Both the position numbers and the translations under genes were made by a program. Positions 28,651 to 39,458 of a stretch of DNA of 64,000 nucleotides are shown piece after piece. The notes beneath the pieces were generated by a model. The model made no database searches, was not told where the DNA came from, and saw only the letters and a list, made by a program, of their open reading frames with translations. The stretch comes from an uncultured delta proteobacterium (GTDB lineage: Bacteria; Desulfobacterota; Desulfobacteria; Desulfobacterales; QNYZ01). The first letter of the stretch is position 1; each line of letters starts with the position of its first letter. The stretch is from positions 64,001-128,000 of the forward strand of contig CAWJQU010000008.1 in assembly GCA_963845145.1 (NCBI GenBank). The letters run 5' to 3'.

Positions 28651-28754
28651 ATAGAAATAAAATAAGTCACTTATTTTTAGCTCCATTTCAAAAATTTTGA
28701 ACATCGTTGATATTTCAAATCTGATATTTGAAGGATCGTCGAAGTAATCTGCAA

Positions 28755-29948
28755 TCATAGCGCTGGAAATTTTTTATTATAACAGTACACCGGAATTTCA
28801 TTAGGTACAGCTGCCAGACATCGATTGCAGGAAACGCAAGAAACCTTATCCATTTTGCCTTTTTTGATCTTATTCGCAAGAAAAGGCTCTCTTATAAATG
28901 GCCTCGACATGGATATAAAATCTGTATCGTTTTCTTCGACCACGCTTTCCATATGAGACACCGTGCGCATACCCCCAACCAATAACAACGGGGTATCACC
29001 CAAAACCGGCTTAATTATTTTAGCAGCCTCAAGATTGTAGCCTTCTTCGAGCCCATATTTACCTTCCAATTTGCGTATCATAAGGTGTCCGACGGGTTTT
29101 TCCCACCAGGCAAGGCTTTTGACTATCTCAGCTGTTGGCACATCACCCCGGCACATATTCATATACGAATAGTTCGACGTTCCGCAGCTCACTTCCACAC
29201 CGCCAATTCCCATTTCTGCTAACCATCCAGCATATTTTGCCGTCAAAGATGGCGTAATGCCCTCTTTTGGCGTATAGTCATTGGCGTTTAGCTTCACAAG
29301 AACTGGATAACCATCCGGTACCACCTTTTTTACCTCATGATATATTTCCTTTAAAAACCGAAATCGCCCTTCATCGCTACCCCCCCATGAATCGGTTCTA
29401 ATATTAAAAAAAGGTGATAAAAATTCGCTGATCAAATATCCATGAGCACCATGAAGTTGAATGCCATCTGCCCCGACGTCTACTGCCCGTTTAGCGGCAG
29501 CTCCAAAGGCAGAAATTATTTCCATGATTTGGTCTTCTGTCATTTCTTTAGGTTTTACGAAGTTCAGTGGGTCCCGGCCCCGGCTTGATGGTGCAAGAGG
29601 GATTTGCCCAACTATATCCTTTGTGGTTTGCCTCCCACAATGGGCCAATTGAAAGGCGATCTTGCCATCTGCTTTATGCACAGCACTTACTAATTTATTT
29701 AAGCCATCCATCATAGTGTCTTGATCAATTCCGGTTTGATATTTATAACCTCGGCCAGACGGATGAACGGACATCAGCCCTGTAATGCTCAACCCTACAC
29801 CGCCCTTGGCCAGTCTCTCGTATCTTTTGATGAGTTCATCACTGACTTCACCGGTTTTTTTGGACATGACTTCATAGGTAGCTGAACATACAAACCGATT
29901 GGGAATTTCAACATTTCCAATTTTCATTGGTGAGAAAAGTATCGACAT
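28755..29948 (-). CDS. NADH:flavin oxidoreductase (Old Yellow Enzyme family)
   Basis: QLAHCGRQ, QLHGAHGYLISEFLSP..RTDSWGGS, SRPFIREP, CVSCNRC. Confidence 0.92.
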   Translation of the reverse strand: MSILFSPMKIGNVEIPNRFVCSATYEVMSKKTGEVSDELIKRYERLAKGGVGLSITGLMSVHPSGRGYKYQTGIDQDTMMDGLNKLVSAVHKADGKIAFQLAHCGRQTTKDIVGQIPLAPSSRGRDPLNFVKPKEMTEDQIMEIISAFGAAAKRAVDVGADGIQLHGAHGYLISEFLSPFFNIRTDSWGGSDEGRFRFLKEIYHEVKKVVPDGYPVLVKLNANDYTPKEGITPSLTAKYAGWLAEMGIGGVEVSCGTSNYSYMNMCRGDVPTAEIVKSLAWWEKPVGHLMIRKLEGKYGLEEGYNLEAAKIIKPVLGDTPLLLVGGMRTVSHMESVVEENDTDFISMSRPFIREPFLANKIKKGKMDKVSCVSCNRCLAAVPNEIPVYCYNKKFPAL

Positions 29949-30059
29949 TAGTGAGTTCCTTAATATCTATTCTGTAGAAATATTTTGGCACTAAAAGTCA
30001 TGTTTGGATATATTGAGATAAAGATGTTAAATCCCCTGATAAGTTCGCGCTGTTTGGAC

Positions 30060-30167
30060 TCGTAACGTCCAAATGAGTTGCGAAATCGTCCCGTCAGGGT
30101 TGGCGTAATTCTTACGTATGCAAGAACTTATGCCAAAGATTTTGTCAACTCCATTTGTTTGTTATAA
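30060..30167 (-). other. Integron attC-like recombination site
   Basis: Minus strand TTATAAC-AAA-CAAATG[G]AGTTG[A]CAAAATC ... GATTTCG-CAACT-CATTTG-GAC-GTTACGA: R''/R' cores, paired L boxes, two extrahelical bases. Confidence 0.72.
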
Positions 30168-30210
30168 GTGCCGTTTAATTAAGGTCAACATATTCAATTA
30201 ACCAATCAAT

Positions 30211-31115
30211 TCAAGGTTCTGGTGATGTAATGACCAAGTTAAATAGTCCATTCGGCATACCGATTGATGAACCCTCTGCCTTTTTTAGATAGGTTTCTTC
30301 AATTTCATCCTTATTCAGATGACGGATTATTTTGTGCCCGCACACGTTTAAAAAATCCGCAATATCTTTCTCTTTCAATGAAAATGTAAATGGTTCATTT
30401 TTAAATTCATTTTTCATGGTTTTTAACATCTCTTTTGCACCATGGTATTTATGGATATCTTTGTCAGAAAAAGAAACAGCATAATCAAATGCCAAAAGAC
30501 TATCGGACGGTGAACATTGTTGAATAAATGTCAGTGTGTCTTTAACCGATTGCGCTTCGAGATACATGCTGACACCTTCCCATATAAAAAGGCTTCGTTT
30601 ATCCTTTTGATAACCGGCTGAAGTTAACGCGTTTTCCAATGACTGATTATTGAAATCGATAGTAGAAAACGTTAAATATTCAGGAATTATGATCTTGGTT
30701 TTTTCAGATATTTAATTTTTCGACTTTGAGTAGCGGCCATGTCCAATTCAATAATTCGACTGTGAATATTGAGACCTTCAAATCTGATTCCTCTTGAGTC
30801 GTAACCGGCACCCAGAAAGATAATCTGAGGGATGGATTCTTTTAAGGCCTGAGAAAATACTTCATCAAAAAATAGTGTTCTGGCAATTATATACTCATAA
30901 ACGCCTGGGGTTGATTCGTTCGCTTTTGTTTTACCTATTTCTCTGGCTTTTTCGCTTTTGATTAACAATCGAATAGGTAAGGGGAAAAAGTATTCAGCCA
31001 AATAATCCGGTCCCCATATTTGATTTTGAAAATCTTTATGGGCCCATGCACGTAACCAGGCGGTTCTAAATGCAGTTTTTGAAGGTTTTTCCCTTGAAAA
31101 CAGTTTAAACATCAT
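30211..31115 (-). CDS. SAM-dependent methyltransferase (LCM/O-methyltransferase family) with a -1 frameshift in an A-run near 30700
   Basis: ARTLFFDE, FLGAGYDSR, ELD, then (shifted) STIDF...LFIWEGVSMYL; joins track ORFs 30687-31115 and 30211-30639. Confidence 0.85.
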
Positions 31116-31233
31116 GTCCTCTTTAATTTGAGATTGAGCTACTTATACCAGTATAATTAGATGGATTAGTCATAGTGCGAAATTAATCGAACTTCGGTGG
31201 TAATTAACCTGATTTTTCACAAGACCGTTGGAA

Positions 31234-31629
31234 TTATCTGGGGTTAGATTTGAAATATTTTTGCACCCACTTTTCGGCACTTTTACGGTCTCGGAAAATT
31301 TCTACCCTGAACCCGTTGTCACCGATATAGGACTGATACATCCTGGACATACCATATTGGAGGTCTGAAGTTGAAATAAGCGCAACGATAAAATTTGGGT
31401 TGATCTCTGCGGCGGCTAAGTCCTGGCCTGCAATTATTCTAATTTCTTCAGCACTCACTCGAAATTCTTTGCATTTCGTTCTGTCAATTATCTGGTATCT
31501 TTGATTTGAAAAATTTTTATTACTATAAACCTCCTTATTTGCTTCAATGATGTCTGTCCCAGTTACGATACCTTGGCTAACAAACTCAACGCCAATACCA
31601 TTGTCAACAAATTTCAACTGAATAGGCAT
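31234..31629 (-). CDS. Hypothetical protein, STAS/SEC14-like small domain
   Basis: GGAGG SD; SDLQYGMSRMY and IFRDRKSAEKWV pattern. Confidence 0.65.
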   Translation of the reverse strand: MPIQLKFVDNGIGVEFVSQGIVTGTDIIEANKEVYSNKNFSNQRYQIIDRTKCKEFRVSAEEIRIIAGQDLAAAEINPNFIVALISTSDLQYGMSRMYQSYIGDNGFRVEIFRDRKSAEKWVQKYFKSNPR

Positions 31630-31811
31630 TTGTAAGTCCTCCAGCAGATATCATGCTTGGTTGACAAATATATTCTGACGAAACCTACAACCCTTAATCC
31701 CCCCTCACCTGCTCAAAATCATCTTCCCACACCCACGTGTGATATGGCGGGGGGAAGTCTTGCCAAGCGTCCTTGCCTTTTTCGGCCAGGTCCCTGAGAT
31801 TGATGAAACTC

Positions 31812-31939
31812 CGTAGATAGCATTAAGGATCATTTGGACCCGAGAGCGGTCTCAGCTAAGTTAATTGTGTTGGAATAACATTTAACTTAAGGAGTCCAAG
31901 TAATGACGCATGCCCAAATGATCCTTCATAGTATCTACG
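31812..31939. mobile_element. MITE-like element with 26-bp terminal inverted repeats
   Basis: CGTAGATAGCATTAAGGATCATTTGG matches the reverse complement of CCAAATGATCCTTCATAGTATCTACG at 23/26; internal TAAGTTAA/TTAACTTA stem. Confidence 0.5.
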
Positions 31940-33491
31940 CTGCTTCAATTTAATCTCCAAGAATGATTAGCGAGCCAAGCACCACAAACAGTCTTAATAG
32001 TTGTAAAATTTTCTATGATATCGGACTATATATATGGAAAAATAATCAGCCTATGCAGATATTTTTTGCATAAAATGCAAAGTCACCAGAACAAACGAAC
32101 ATCACCTATTATGGCGTTCCCATGATTCCAACATAGATTCTTTTATTTATAATTAATTTTTCGAACCAACAGGAAAAGGGGGTGTTTGAATAGTGGGCTG
32201 TGATGTCACTATTCAAAAATGGGTTGTGGTGTGTAGGTATCAGGACGGTGCCGGCCAAGGTGAGCAGCAGGCCTGTCGTCACTTTTTGCATTCAAACACC
32301 CCCAAATAGGATTATTAATTCGTTCCAGTAACCTCTTGATTTGTCATTGGTATTTCATATCGTTGGATTTCAAGGATCGAATTAAATTTTTTACAGCGGG
32401 CTTTCTGGCCAAGGAGGGCGGCATTAATTTTGTAGGTTTGGTGGCAAGCATCGGCTGGGCATTGCGCGCGCATCGTTTCATTCTTCTTTTTTTAAAACAT
32501 TTCTGTGGTTATCTTTTTTCAGAATAGGAACTAATGGGCATTTTTCCCAGGTAAACGTAGAACGACTATTATTTTTTTTATATACACCACAAAAAAGAAC
32601 GCCTGAACAATCTAGGAGGCTTTTAAAGTAAAATTGATCGTTTCCCGGATTCGTCGATTCACTATGCGAACTTTGCGTTGCAATATTCGCCACGTGAGCA
32701 GACACTGTACTTTTAATTACCGGGCAGTCATACCTTTCGGTATGGATATTTAATTTTGTCTTTTCCATTTTTGACGTTACCCCAACTGTACCGATTGCAT
32801 CTTGATATTTTACCTCGTTCATACTGCCGGCATTGTCGATGGATTTTGTTTCTAAATAATTCATTGATTCCGATGACCTGATCACTTTTGGGCATATTAT
32901 TGACGATAGAATCTTCGTGACAGGAAAAACAAAAACTGTCAAACGGTTTTTTTACGTATAAAGTTGGTATATTATTCTACGTATTAATTTTGTAGATAAT
33001 TGATATTGTAGGTTATTCAGCATCACAAATTCTGGTTTTATTCGCGCGATAAGGGATAATTTTTGGTTTTTTTAGCTGTGATTCATAAAGTTGGCGACAT
33101 TTTTGGGCATCGCTTTGGATTTTTTTAGGAGGCAATCGTCTTTTTCGGATATGGCTTCGGGTGTTTGACCGGTTACGTGCGGTTTGGATAGCTGGTTGTT
33201 CTTTTCCTGTAGTTTTTCAATATTGTCCCATTTGGTTTTGAAGAACGATTATATAGGCTGACTGCGCTAAAAAATTTCATGACAGCATGACTTGGTGACA
33301 TTTTAGACTTATAATGGACTTCAGCCTGGTGAACGGGTTGCCATAGGTTGGGATCATATTGATCTATACAATAGCAACGATGGCCCGGCTTTTTAAAAAA
33401 ATCATGGTAAACGAAGAGCCAAAGCGTGACAATCGTGTTACATGGCAAAAATTTTGATACCTTAAATCATTAAAAACAACGGGTAATAACT

Positions 33492-34109
33492 ATGAGTAAT
33501 CAGATACTTGAGGTGTTTTCAGACTATATCTGACCCTGGTGCTACTTCATTACCGGGCGTATTGAACAGTTGAAAAAAGAGTACAGGATCGGTGTGCATT
33601 GGCGGGCGTTTCCGCTTCACCCTGAAACACCGGAAGACGGCCGGCTCCTCGCCGACCTTTTTGCCAACCAGCCGATGGATATCGGGCAGGTGATGGCCCA
33701 GCTCAAACAAAAAGCGACCGAATTGGGCCTGCCCTTCGGTGACCGTAAAAACACCTATAACAGCCGCCTGGCCCAGGAGCTGGGGCTTTGGGCGGAATCC
33801 AAAGCGCAAGGCGATACCTTTCACATGGCGGCGTTCAAGGCATATTTTGTCGATGGGAAAAATATCGCCAAAGTACCGGTGCTTCTCGATCTGGTTGATT
33901 CGGTGGGGCTTCCTCGCGATGAGGCGAAGCAAGTGCTTTCCGCCAGGACATTTAAAACCGCTGTCGATGCGGACTGGGACCTGTCGAGAGAAAAAAGGAT
34001 TACGGCGGTTCCCACTTTCGTCGTCAATCAGGATCGGTTGGTTGGCGCCCAGCCCTATGAAGCGATTGAAAAGATGGTGATCGCCAACGGGGTTGAAAAA
34101 AGAATGTGA
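33492..34109 (+). CDS. DsbA/FrnE-like thioredoxin-fold selenoprotein (UxxC)
   Basis: ATG 33492 gives MSNQILEVFSDYI-TGA(33531)-PWCY in frame with track ORF 33570-34109 (AFPLHP, ITAVPTF, GAQPY). Confidence 0.85.
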
Positions 34110-34116
34110 ATACTAA

Positions 34117-34207
34117 GGGTTCGAGAATTCGAGGATTCAAGTGAAATGCTAAATGCATTGTTAAAAACATTAGAGATTCAACACTTGCCCCAGGCCCCTT
34201 GAATCCC
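34117..34207. repeat. REP-like imperfect inverted repeat built from GGATTC/GGTTCGA-type units
   Basis: GGGTTCGAGAATTCGAGGATTCAAGTG ... CACTTGCCCCAGGCCCCTTGAATCCC. Confidence 0.5.
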
Positions 34208-34234
34208 AACCTAACGGCTTAAGCCCCATATCGC

Positions 34235-34426
34235 TCATTTCGGCGGCAACATCTTCACAATGGCTTTCGCCCGGTCAAGCCACTCATGCAGCGCTGCATC
34301 CGTTTTAAACCCTGTTTTCTCAACCATGCCCCACCCTTTCATGGGGCGTCCCGTGATATCGAAAGGCCCTACCGCTTTTTTCCTGATCGCCTTTTCGGCT
34401 TCATCCACACCCAGCCGGAGTATTAG
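34235..34426 (-). pseudogene. 5'-truncated TfoX N-terminal-domain family remnant
   Basis: LILRLGVDEAEKA..PFDITGRPMKGWGMV..LHEWLDRA..LPPK*, preceded by an in-frame TGA; N-terminal part missing. Confidence 0.65.
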
Positions 34427-34582
34427 TCAGTGTTGTCATGACTTGAAGTTTGACCCCACCTTGATTATAAACAGCCGTACCTTTTAAATGCAAACCACAT
34501 ACATCTGCGAATTCTCGATTTTAAAATCGTCAATCAAAAGCCATTGTCGATACTACCAGGGATTGCCACATGTGAGACTTTT

Positions 34583-35800
34583 ATGGAAAAACTAAAAGGT
34601 AAAGGCCGCCAGTTAGCTGTTCTGGCTCTGGGCGTGCTGTTGATCAAATCGCTTTGGTTTTCAGCTTCCGCGGTCATACCGCAACTTGCTCAAGCCTGGC
34701 TGTTGAGTGGCAACCAGCGCGCCTGGTTGACCATGAGCGTCCAATTGGGCTTTGTGGCCGGCGCCATGATCAGTGCGGCACTTAATCTGGCCGACCGGTA
34801 TGACCTGACGCGCTTGTTTCTGGTAAGTGCCTTAATTGCAACATCGGCCAATGCCGTAATTGCATTGTTTCCGGTAGATTACGGCACCACCCTGACCATG
34901 CGGTTTTTTACCGGGTTGGGCATTGCCGGCGTTTATCCACCTGGGATGAAACTCGTGGCAACCTGGTGCCAAAGGGATCGTGGCTTTGGGATCGGCCTTT
35001 TGGTTGCAGCCCTCACTGTTGGTTCTTCTATGCCCCATTTGCTAAATGCCCTGCCCCAAGCCGGCGGAATGCCTCCCTGGCAGGACGTACTCCAAGGTGC
35101 CAGTATCATGGCGCTGGTTGGCGCCCTGATCGTGGCCATTTTATTTAAACCCGGCCCCTATCTAGCCGGATCGGCGCCGTCAAACTGGCAGTATGCGGCC
35201 GAAGGATTACGACAACGCCCCCTCCGCCTGGCCAATTTTGGGTATCTGGGCCATATGTGGGAATTGTATGCCATGTGGGCCTGGGTTCCGATTTTCTTAA
35301 TCAGCAGTTATACGCAAGCCGGCTGGTCTACCTCCGCTGCCCGACTGGCGGGTTTTGGAACGATTGCCGCAGGAGCCCTGGGTGCCTTATTGGCGGGAAT
35401 ATTTGCCGATCGGGTGGGTCGAACGCTTATCACAAGCCTGAGCCTGGCGATCTCGGGGTTTTGTTGCATACTGGCCGGGTTTTTATATGCCCACCCGCTA
35501 CCATTAACCATACTCTGTCTGATTTGGGGCTTCGCCGTCGTAGCAGATTCGGCCCAATTCAGCGCGGCCATCAGCGAGTTGTCCGATCCACGGTATGTAG
35601 GGACAGCACTCACCGTTCAAACCAGCCTGGGGTTTATGCTTTCCATTGTCACCATATGGCTCATTCCGATCCTGTTTGAAACGCTTGGATGGCGTTATGT
35701 TTTTCTTGTATTAATGCCGGGACCGGCATTCGGGCTCTGGTCCATGCTTCAATTGAGGCGCTTACCGGAAGCCAAAAAGATGGCCTCCGGCCGGCGATAG
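34583..35800 (+). CDS. MFS transporter
   Basis: ~12 TM segments, LNLADRY, GHMWELYAMWAW, ADRVGR. Confidence 0.9.
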   Translation: MEKLKGKGRQLAVLALGVLLIKSLWFSASAVIPQLAQAWLLSGNQRAWLTMSVQLGFVAGAMISAALNLADRYDLTRLFLVSALIATSANAVIALFPVDYGTTLTMRFFTGLGIAGVYPPGMKLVATWCQRDRGFGIGLLVAALTVGSSMPHLLNALPQAGGMPPWQDVLQGASIMALVGALIVAILFKPGPYLAGSAPSNWQYAAEGLRQRPLRLANFGYLGHMWELYAMWAWVPIFLISSYTQAGWSTSAARLAGFGTIAAGALGALLAGIFADRVGRTLITSLSLAISGFCCILAGFLYAHPLPLTILCLIWGFAVVADSAQFSAAISELSDPRYVGTALTVQTSLGFMLSIVTIWLIPILFETLGWRYVFLVLMPGPAFGLWSMLQLRRLPEAKKMASGRR

Positions 35801-35877
35801 GTTTGCACCCAATATTCAATGTGTCGCAGGTCCACCACCATATACGTTAAATTTCAGCATGATAGGGGCTGTTAAAC

Positions 35878-37077
35878 ATGATCCAATCAAAATCTCCTTC
35901 ATTTATCGCAACCTTTTTAAAGATGGAGTCGGCCGGCGGAATCCTTTTAATGATCTCTGCGACTATGGCCGTCGTTTGTGCCAACACCTTTTTGGCGGAT
36001 TATTATCAGATGCTATTTTCAACACCTGTTGAGATACGTGTCGGCGCCTTAGAGATTGCCAAACCATTATTACTTTGGATTAATGACGGGCTGATGGTTG
36101 TCTTTTTCTTTTTGGTAGGGTTGGAATTGAAGCGGGAACTTATTGAGGGTGAATTATCGGACAAGCGCAATATCATTTTACCGGTTGTCGGTGCGGTCGG
36201 AGGCATGTTGTGCCCAGCGATCATTTACTTATATTTTAACAGTTCGGATCCTGTTGCAGCTAAAGGTTGGGCGATACCTGCTGCAACGGACATCGCATTT
36301 GCCTTAGGTGTTTTAGCATTGCTTGGCTCTCGCGTACCGACTTCAATTAAAATATTCCTCACATCTTTGGCAATCTTCGATGATATCGGTGCGATTTTAA
36401 TCATTGCCATTTTTTATACGGCCAAAGTATCGCTGCTATCGTTGTTCGTGGTGGCTTGTTGCATTCCGGTTCTTGTCATATTGAATTATCGAAATGTCAT
36501 CTCCAAAAGCCCCTATCTCTTGGTGGGGATTATAATGTGGATTGCAACCCTCAAATCCGGTGTCCACGCTACCATTGCCGGCGTTATTCTGGCAATGTTC
36601 ATTCCCATTCGGTCGAAGCATAATCCTGACATTTCACCCTTGAAAATGCTGGAGCACGATTTGCACTCGGTTGTTGCGTTCTTCGTGCTACCCGTTTTTG
36701 CATTTGCAAATGCGGGCATCAATCTGCGTGGGGTTGGATTGGAGCAAGTATTCCACAATGTCCCAATGGGTATTGCACTGGCTCTTATTTGCGGGAAACA
36801 ACTTGGCATTTTCGGGCTCTGTGCGCTGGCGATAAAGCTCAAAATCGCAGCTTTACCGAAAAAAATGAGCTGGTTGAGCCTTTATGGGACCGCAGCGCTT
36901 TGCGGCATCGGATTTACCATGAGCCTTTTTATCGGTTCATTGGCATTTGGAGGAACAGGGGTGGATCTATTATTTGACGAACGGCTCGGAATTATCATTG
37001 GCTCAATAGTATCCGGCCTCTGTGGAGTTGTGATTTTGCGCGCCTCTCTGGGGCGTAGCGCTACGGGTCCTAAATAA
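35878..37077 (+). CDS. nhaA: Na+/H+ antiporter NhaA
   Basis: WINDGLM, GLELKRE, AIPAATDIAF, LAIFDD, CGIGFTMSLFI. Confidence 0.96.
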   Translation: MIQSKSPSFIATFLKMESAGGILLMISATMAVVCANTFLADYYQMLFSTPVEIRVGALEIAKPLLLWINDGLMVVFFFLVGLELKRELIEGELSDKRNIILPVVGAVGGMLCPAIIYLYFNSSDPVAAKGWAIPAATDIAFALGVLALLGSRVPTSIKIFLTSLAIFDDIGAILIIAIFYTAKVSLLSLFVVACCIPVLVILNYRNVISKSPYLLVGIIMWIATLKSGVHATIAGVILAMFIPIRSKHNPDISPLKMLEHDLHSVVAFFVLPVFAFANAGINLRGVGLEQVFHNVPMGIALALICGKQLGIFGLCALAIKLKIAALPKKMSWLSLYGTAALCGIGFTMSLFIGSLAFGGTGVDLLFDERLGIIIGSIVSGLCGVVILRASLGRSATGPK

Positions 37078-37100
37078 TAATACATATGGGAGCGATCAAT

Positions 37101-37889
37101 ATGGAAACAAGCAAAGTGGCCGTTGAAGAAAAAGATCACGTGTTAATCATCAAACTAAACCGCCCGGATAAACTAAATGCTTTTGACATAGAGATGTACC
37201 GTGATTTAAGTATGGCTTATGGCGAGTTACACCATAATCCGAATTTAAGGTGCGGACTTCTGATCGCTGAAGGCGGCCACTTTACGGCCGGCCTGGACCT
37301 TAATGAGTGGATCCCTTTTCTAAAGGAAGGTCGGTTTCCGGAACTGCCGGAAAAAGGCATCGATCCGTTGGGATTGAATGAAGAGAATAAATTGTGTAAA
37401 CCGATGGTTATGGCCGTCCAGGGATTATGCTTAACCATTGGCCTTGAATTGCTTCTGGGAACAGACATTCGCGTGGCTGCGAATAATACAAGATTTGGCC
37501 AATTTGAAATTAAAAGAGGGATTTATCCTGTGGGCGGAGCGACTGTACGTCTCATGCAGGAGGTTGGCTGGGGAAATGCCATGCGCTATCTATTGACGGC
37601 AGATGAATTAAATGCCGAGGAGGCTTTTCGAATCGGATTGGTGCAAGAATTGGCGGAACCCGGGGCTCATATCGATAAAGCGCTCGCGATCGCCACGACC
37701 ATATCCAGTCAGGCTCCCCTTGGCGTTAAGGCGACACTTATCTCTGCCGGAATTGCACGAACGAATGGAGAGCGAGCCGCTATTGCAAGATTGCTCCCAG
37801 ATCTCGTTCCGATTATGGCCAGTGAAGACTTCGGTGAAGGCATTCAATCTTTTATTGAGCGCAGGGATGCCAATTTTAAGGGCCGCTAA
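37101..37889 (+). CDS. Enoyl-CoA hydratase/isomerase (crotonase) family
   Basis: LNRPDKLNAF, FTAGLDL, EIKRGIYP, EGIQSFIERR. Confidence 0.9.
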   Translation: METSKVAVEEKDHVLIIKLNRPDKLNAFDIEMYRDLSMAYGELHHNPNLRCGLLIAEGGHFTAGLDLNEWIPFLKEGRFPELPEKGIDPLGLNEENKLCKPMVMAVQGLCLTIGLELLLGTDIRVAANNTRFGQFEIKRGIYPVGGATVRLMQEVGWGNAMRYLLTADELNAEEAFRIGLVQELAEPGAHIDKALAIATTISSQAPLGVKATLISAGIARTNGERAAIARLLPDLVPIMASEDFGEGIQSFIERRDANFKGR

Positions 37890-38138
37890 CAAGGGTAAAA
37901 TTTTCATCGGATTTTTTTAGCGGAATGTGACAACAAGGTTTTTCGAGGCGTTGTGAAATGCAATCAATGTAAGGTTGTGTTGGATCTGGACTAATACCGG
38001 GTCCAAAAATAGCGTCTTTTCATAGCCGGGCTTGAAAAAATATCCGTTGCAAAGGCAACCCGTCTATTCAACCGATCTCTCCACCCTATCTATCCAGTCA
38101 ACAGCAAAGGACCAGGCGACAGCAAAAGGAATGAGGAA

Positions 38139-38771
38139 ATGACAACCCAATCATGGCTGATGTATCTGACGCTGGTATTGGCGGCAACCTCCATACCGGG
38201 TCCGGCAGTGCTTTTTATTGTGACCAATGCAACCTTTCATGGATGGAGAAAGTCAACCTTTGCCGCGCTCGGAAACATTGTTGGGCTCTTCTGCCTGGGC
38301 TTAATGTCCGTTGCCGGTTTGGGAACGATCCTCAAAACATCAGAGATGTTTTTCAACATTATCAAATATGCCGGAGCCGCCTATTTGATTTATTTGGGTG
38401 TAAAGCTCATCATTCAAAAAAATCCGGACCTTTCGCAAGTAACGAAAAAAATGTTTAAAAAGAGAATGTCCGGGAAACATATTTTTTTTCAAGCCCTCGG
38501 GGTGGCCTTAAGCAACCCCAAAGCCATTATTTTCCTTACCGCCCTTTTCCCACAATTTATCGATGTAAAAAATGCGTTATTGCCTCAATTTTCATTGCTT
38601 ATCGCCATATTAATGATCTTCTCATTCTTATTTTTAATGGGCTACGCTTTGCTTGCCCACAAAGCCACGACCTGGCTGGTCAACCCGGGTAGAATCAGGT
38701 TGTTTAATCGAACCAGTGGCTCCATTTTCATCGGTTTTGGATTTTTACTGGCAACATCATCGAACAAATAA
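38139..38771 (+). CDS. LysE/RhtB family amino-acid exporter
   Basis: IPGP, KYAGAAYLIYLG, ALSNPKAIIF. Confidence 0.92.
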   Translation: MTTQSWLMYLTLVLAATSIPGPAVLFIVTNATFHGWRKSTFAALGNIVGLFCLGLMSVAGLGTILKTSEMFFNIIKYAGAAYLIYLGVKLIIQKNPDLSQVTKKMFKKRMSGKHIFFQALGVALSNPKAIIFLTALFPQFIDVKNALLPQFSLLIAILMIFSFLFLMGYALLAHKATTWLVNPGRIRLFNRTSGSIFIGFGFLLATSSNK

Positions 38772-38823
38772 ATCATAGCCTTTCAGAACCTGAGCCGTCA
38801 TCATAAAAAACGACTACGGATTA

Positions 38824-39144
38824 GTGGGCATGGAACATCCCAGAGAAACAATATATAAGGTTTTGCTTCGATTACGTACACATTTTGACGAAAATCGGGC
38901 CACACGAATCCAAATAGGCCTACTCGCCTTGGTCTTCGCGTCTTTATGGTGGGCCATTGGTATCCTGGCAGGTAGTGTTCTGGCTTTTTTCGTGTTTTTC
39001 TTTACACCTGACAGCCCCACTCGTGCCTGGCCTTCATTTTTCGCCTTTGTCGGCACCGTTTTGACGTGTGGCCTTTTCGGTATTTATATTGCGTTTAAAA
39101 CCTACTCACGTAAAACCGCTGAGATGAAGCATAAGAACAGGTAA
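38824..39144 (+). CDS. Small hypothetical membrane protein
   Basis: Co-oriented ORF with 2-3 hydrophobic segments; no motif recognised. Confidence 0.45.
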   Translation: MGMEHPRETIYKVLLRLRTHFDENRATRIQIGLLALVFASLWWAIGILAGSVLAFFVFFFTPDSPTRAWPSFFAFVGTVLTCGLFGIYIAFKTYSRKTAEMKHKNR

Positions 39145-39260
39145 TAGGCTTGACTATATCTTTCCCTAAAGTTTGACAAACGCATGTCGCCAGCACTATT
39201 TTTATATGAATTCCGTCAACGTAAACATCAATGTAAGCATTCTATATGGGAGGCAGGACC

Positions 39261-39458
39261 ATGGCCAAAGTAAAAACATTCACGAATGAACTGAAAGCGT
39301 TGCATACCATGAAGGCTTTAAAAAACTTAGATGACCAGGTAAACCGCTTTTTAAAAAAGAAGAAGGTCAAAAAGGTTATTTCCGTTTCCGATAGCTGTAC
39401 GACCAATAGTGGAGATACCATCGGCATCATTAGGGTGTTGACCTATGAAGCGTCCTAA
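39261..39458 (+). CDS. Small hypothetical protein
   Basis: GGGAGG SD before ATG 39261; MAKVKTFTNELK...GIIRVLTYE. Confidence 0.6.
   Translation: MAKVKTFTNELKALHTMKALKNLDDQVNRFLKKKKVKKVISVSDSCTTNSGDTIGIIRVLTYEAS

Noticed and set aside
31950..33480. Track ORFs 32109-32291, 32336-32527, 32478-32942 and 33173-33448
   Set aside because: AT-rich, no recognisable motifs, mostly weak starts; may be decayed remnants but cannot be supported
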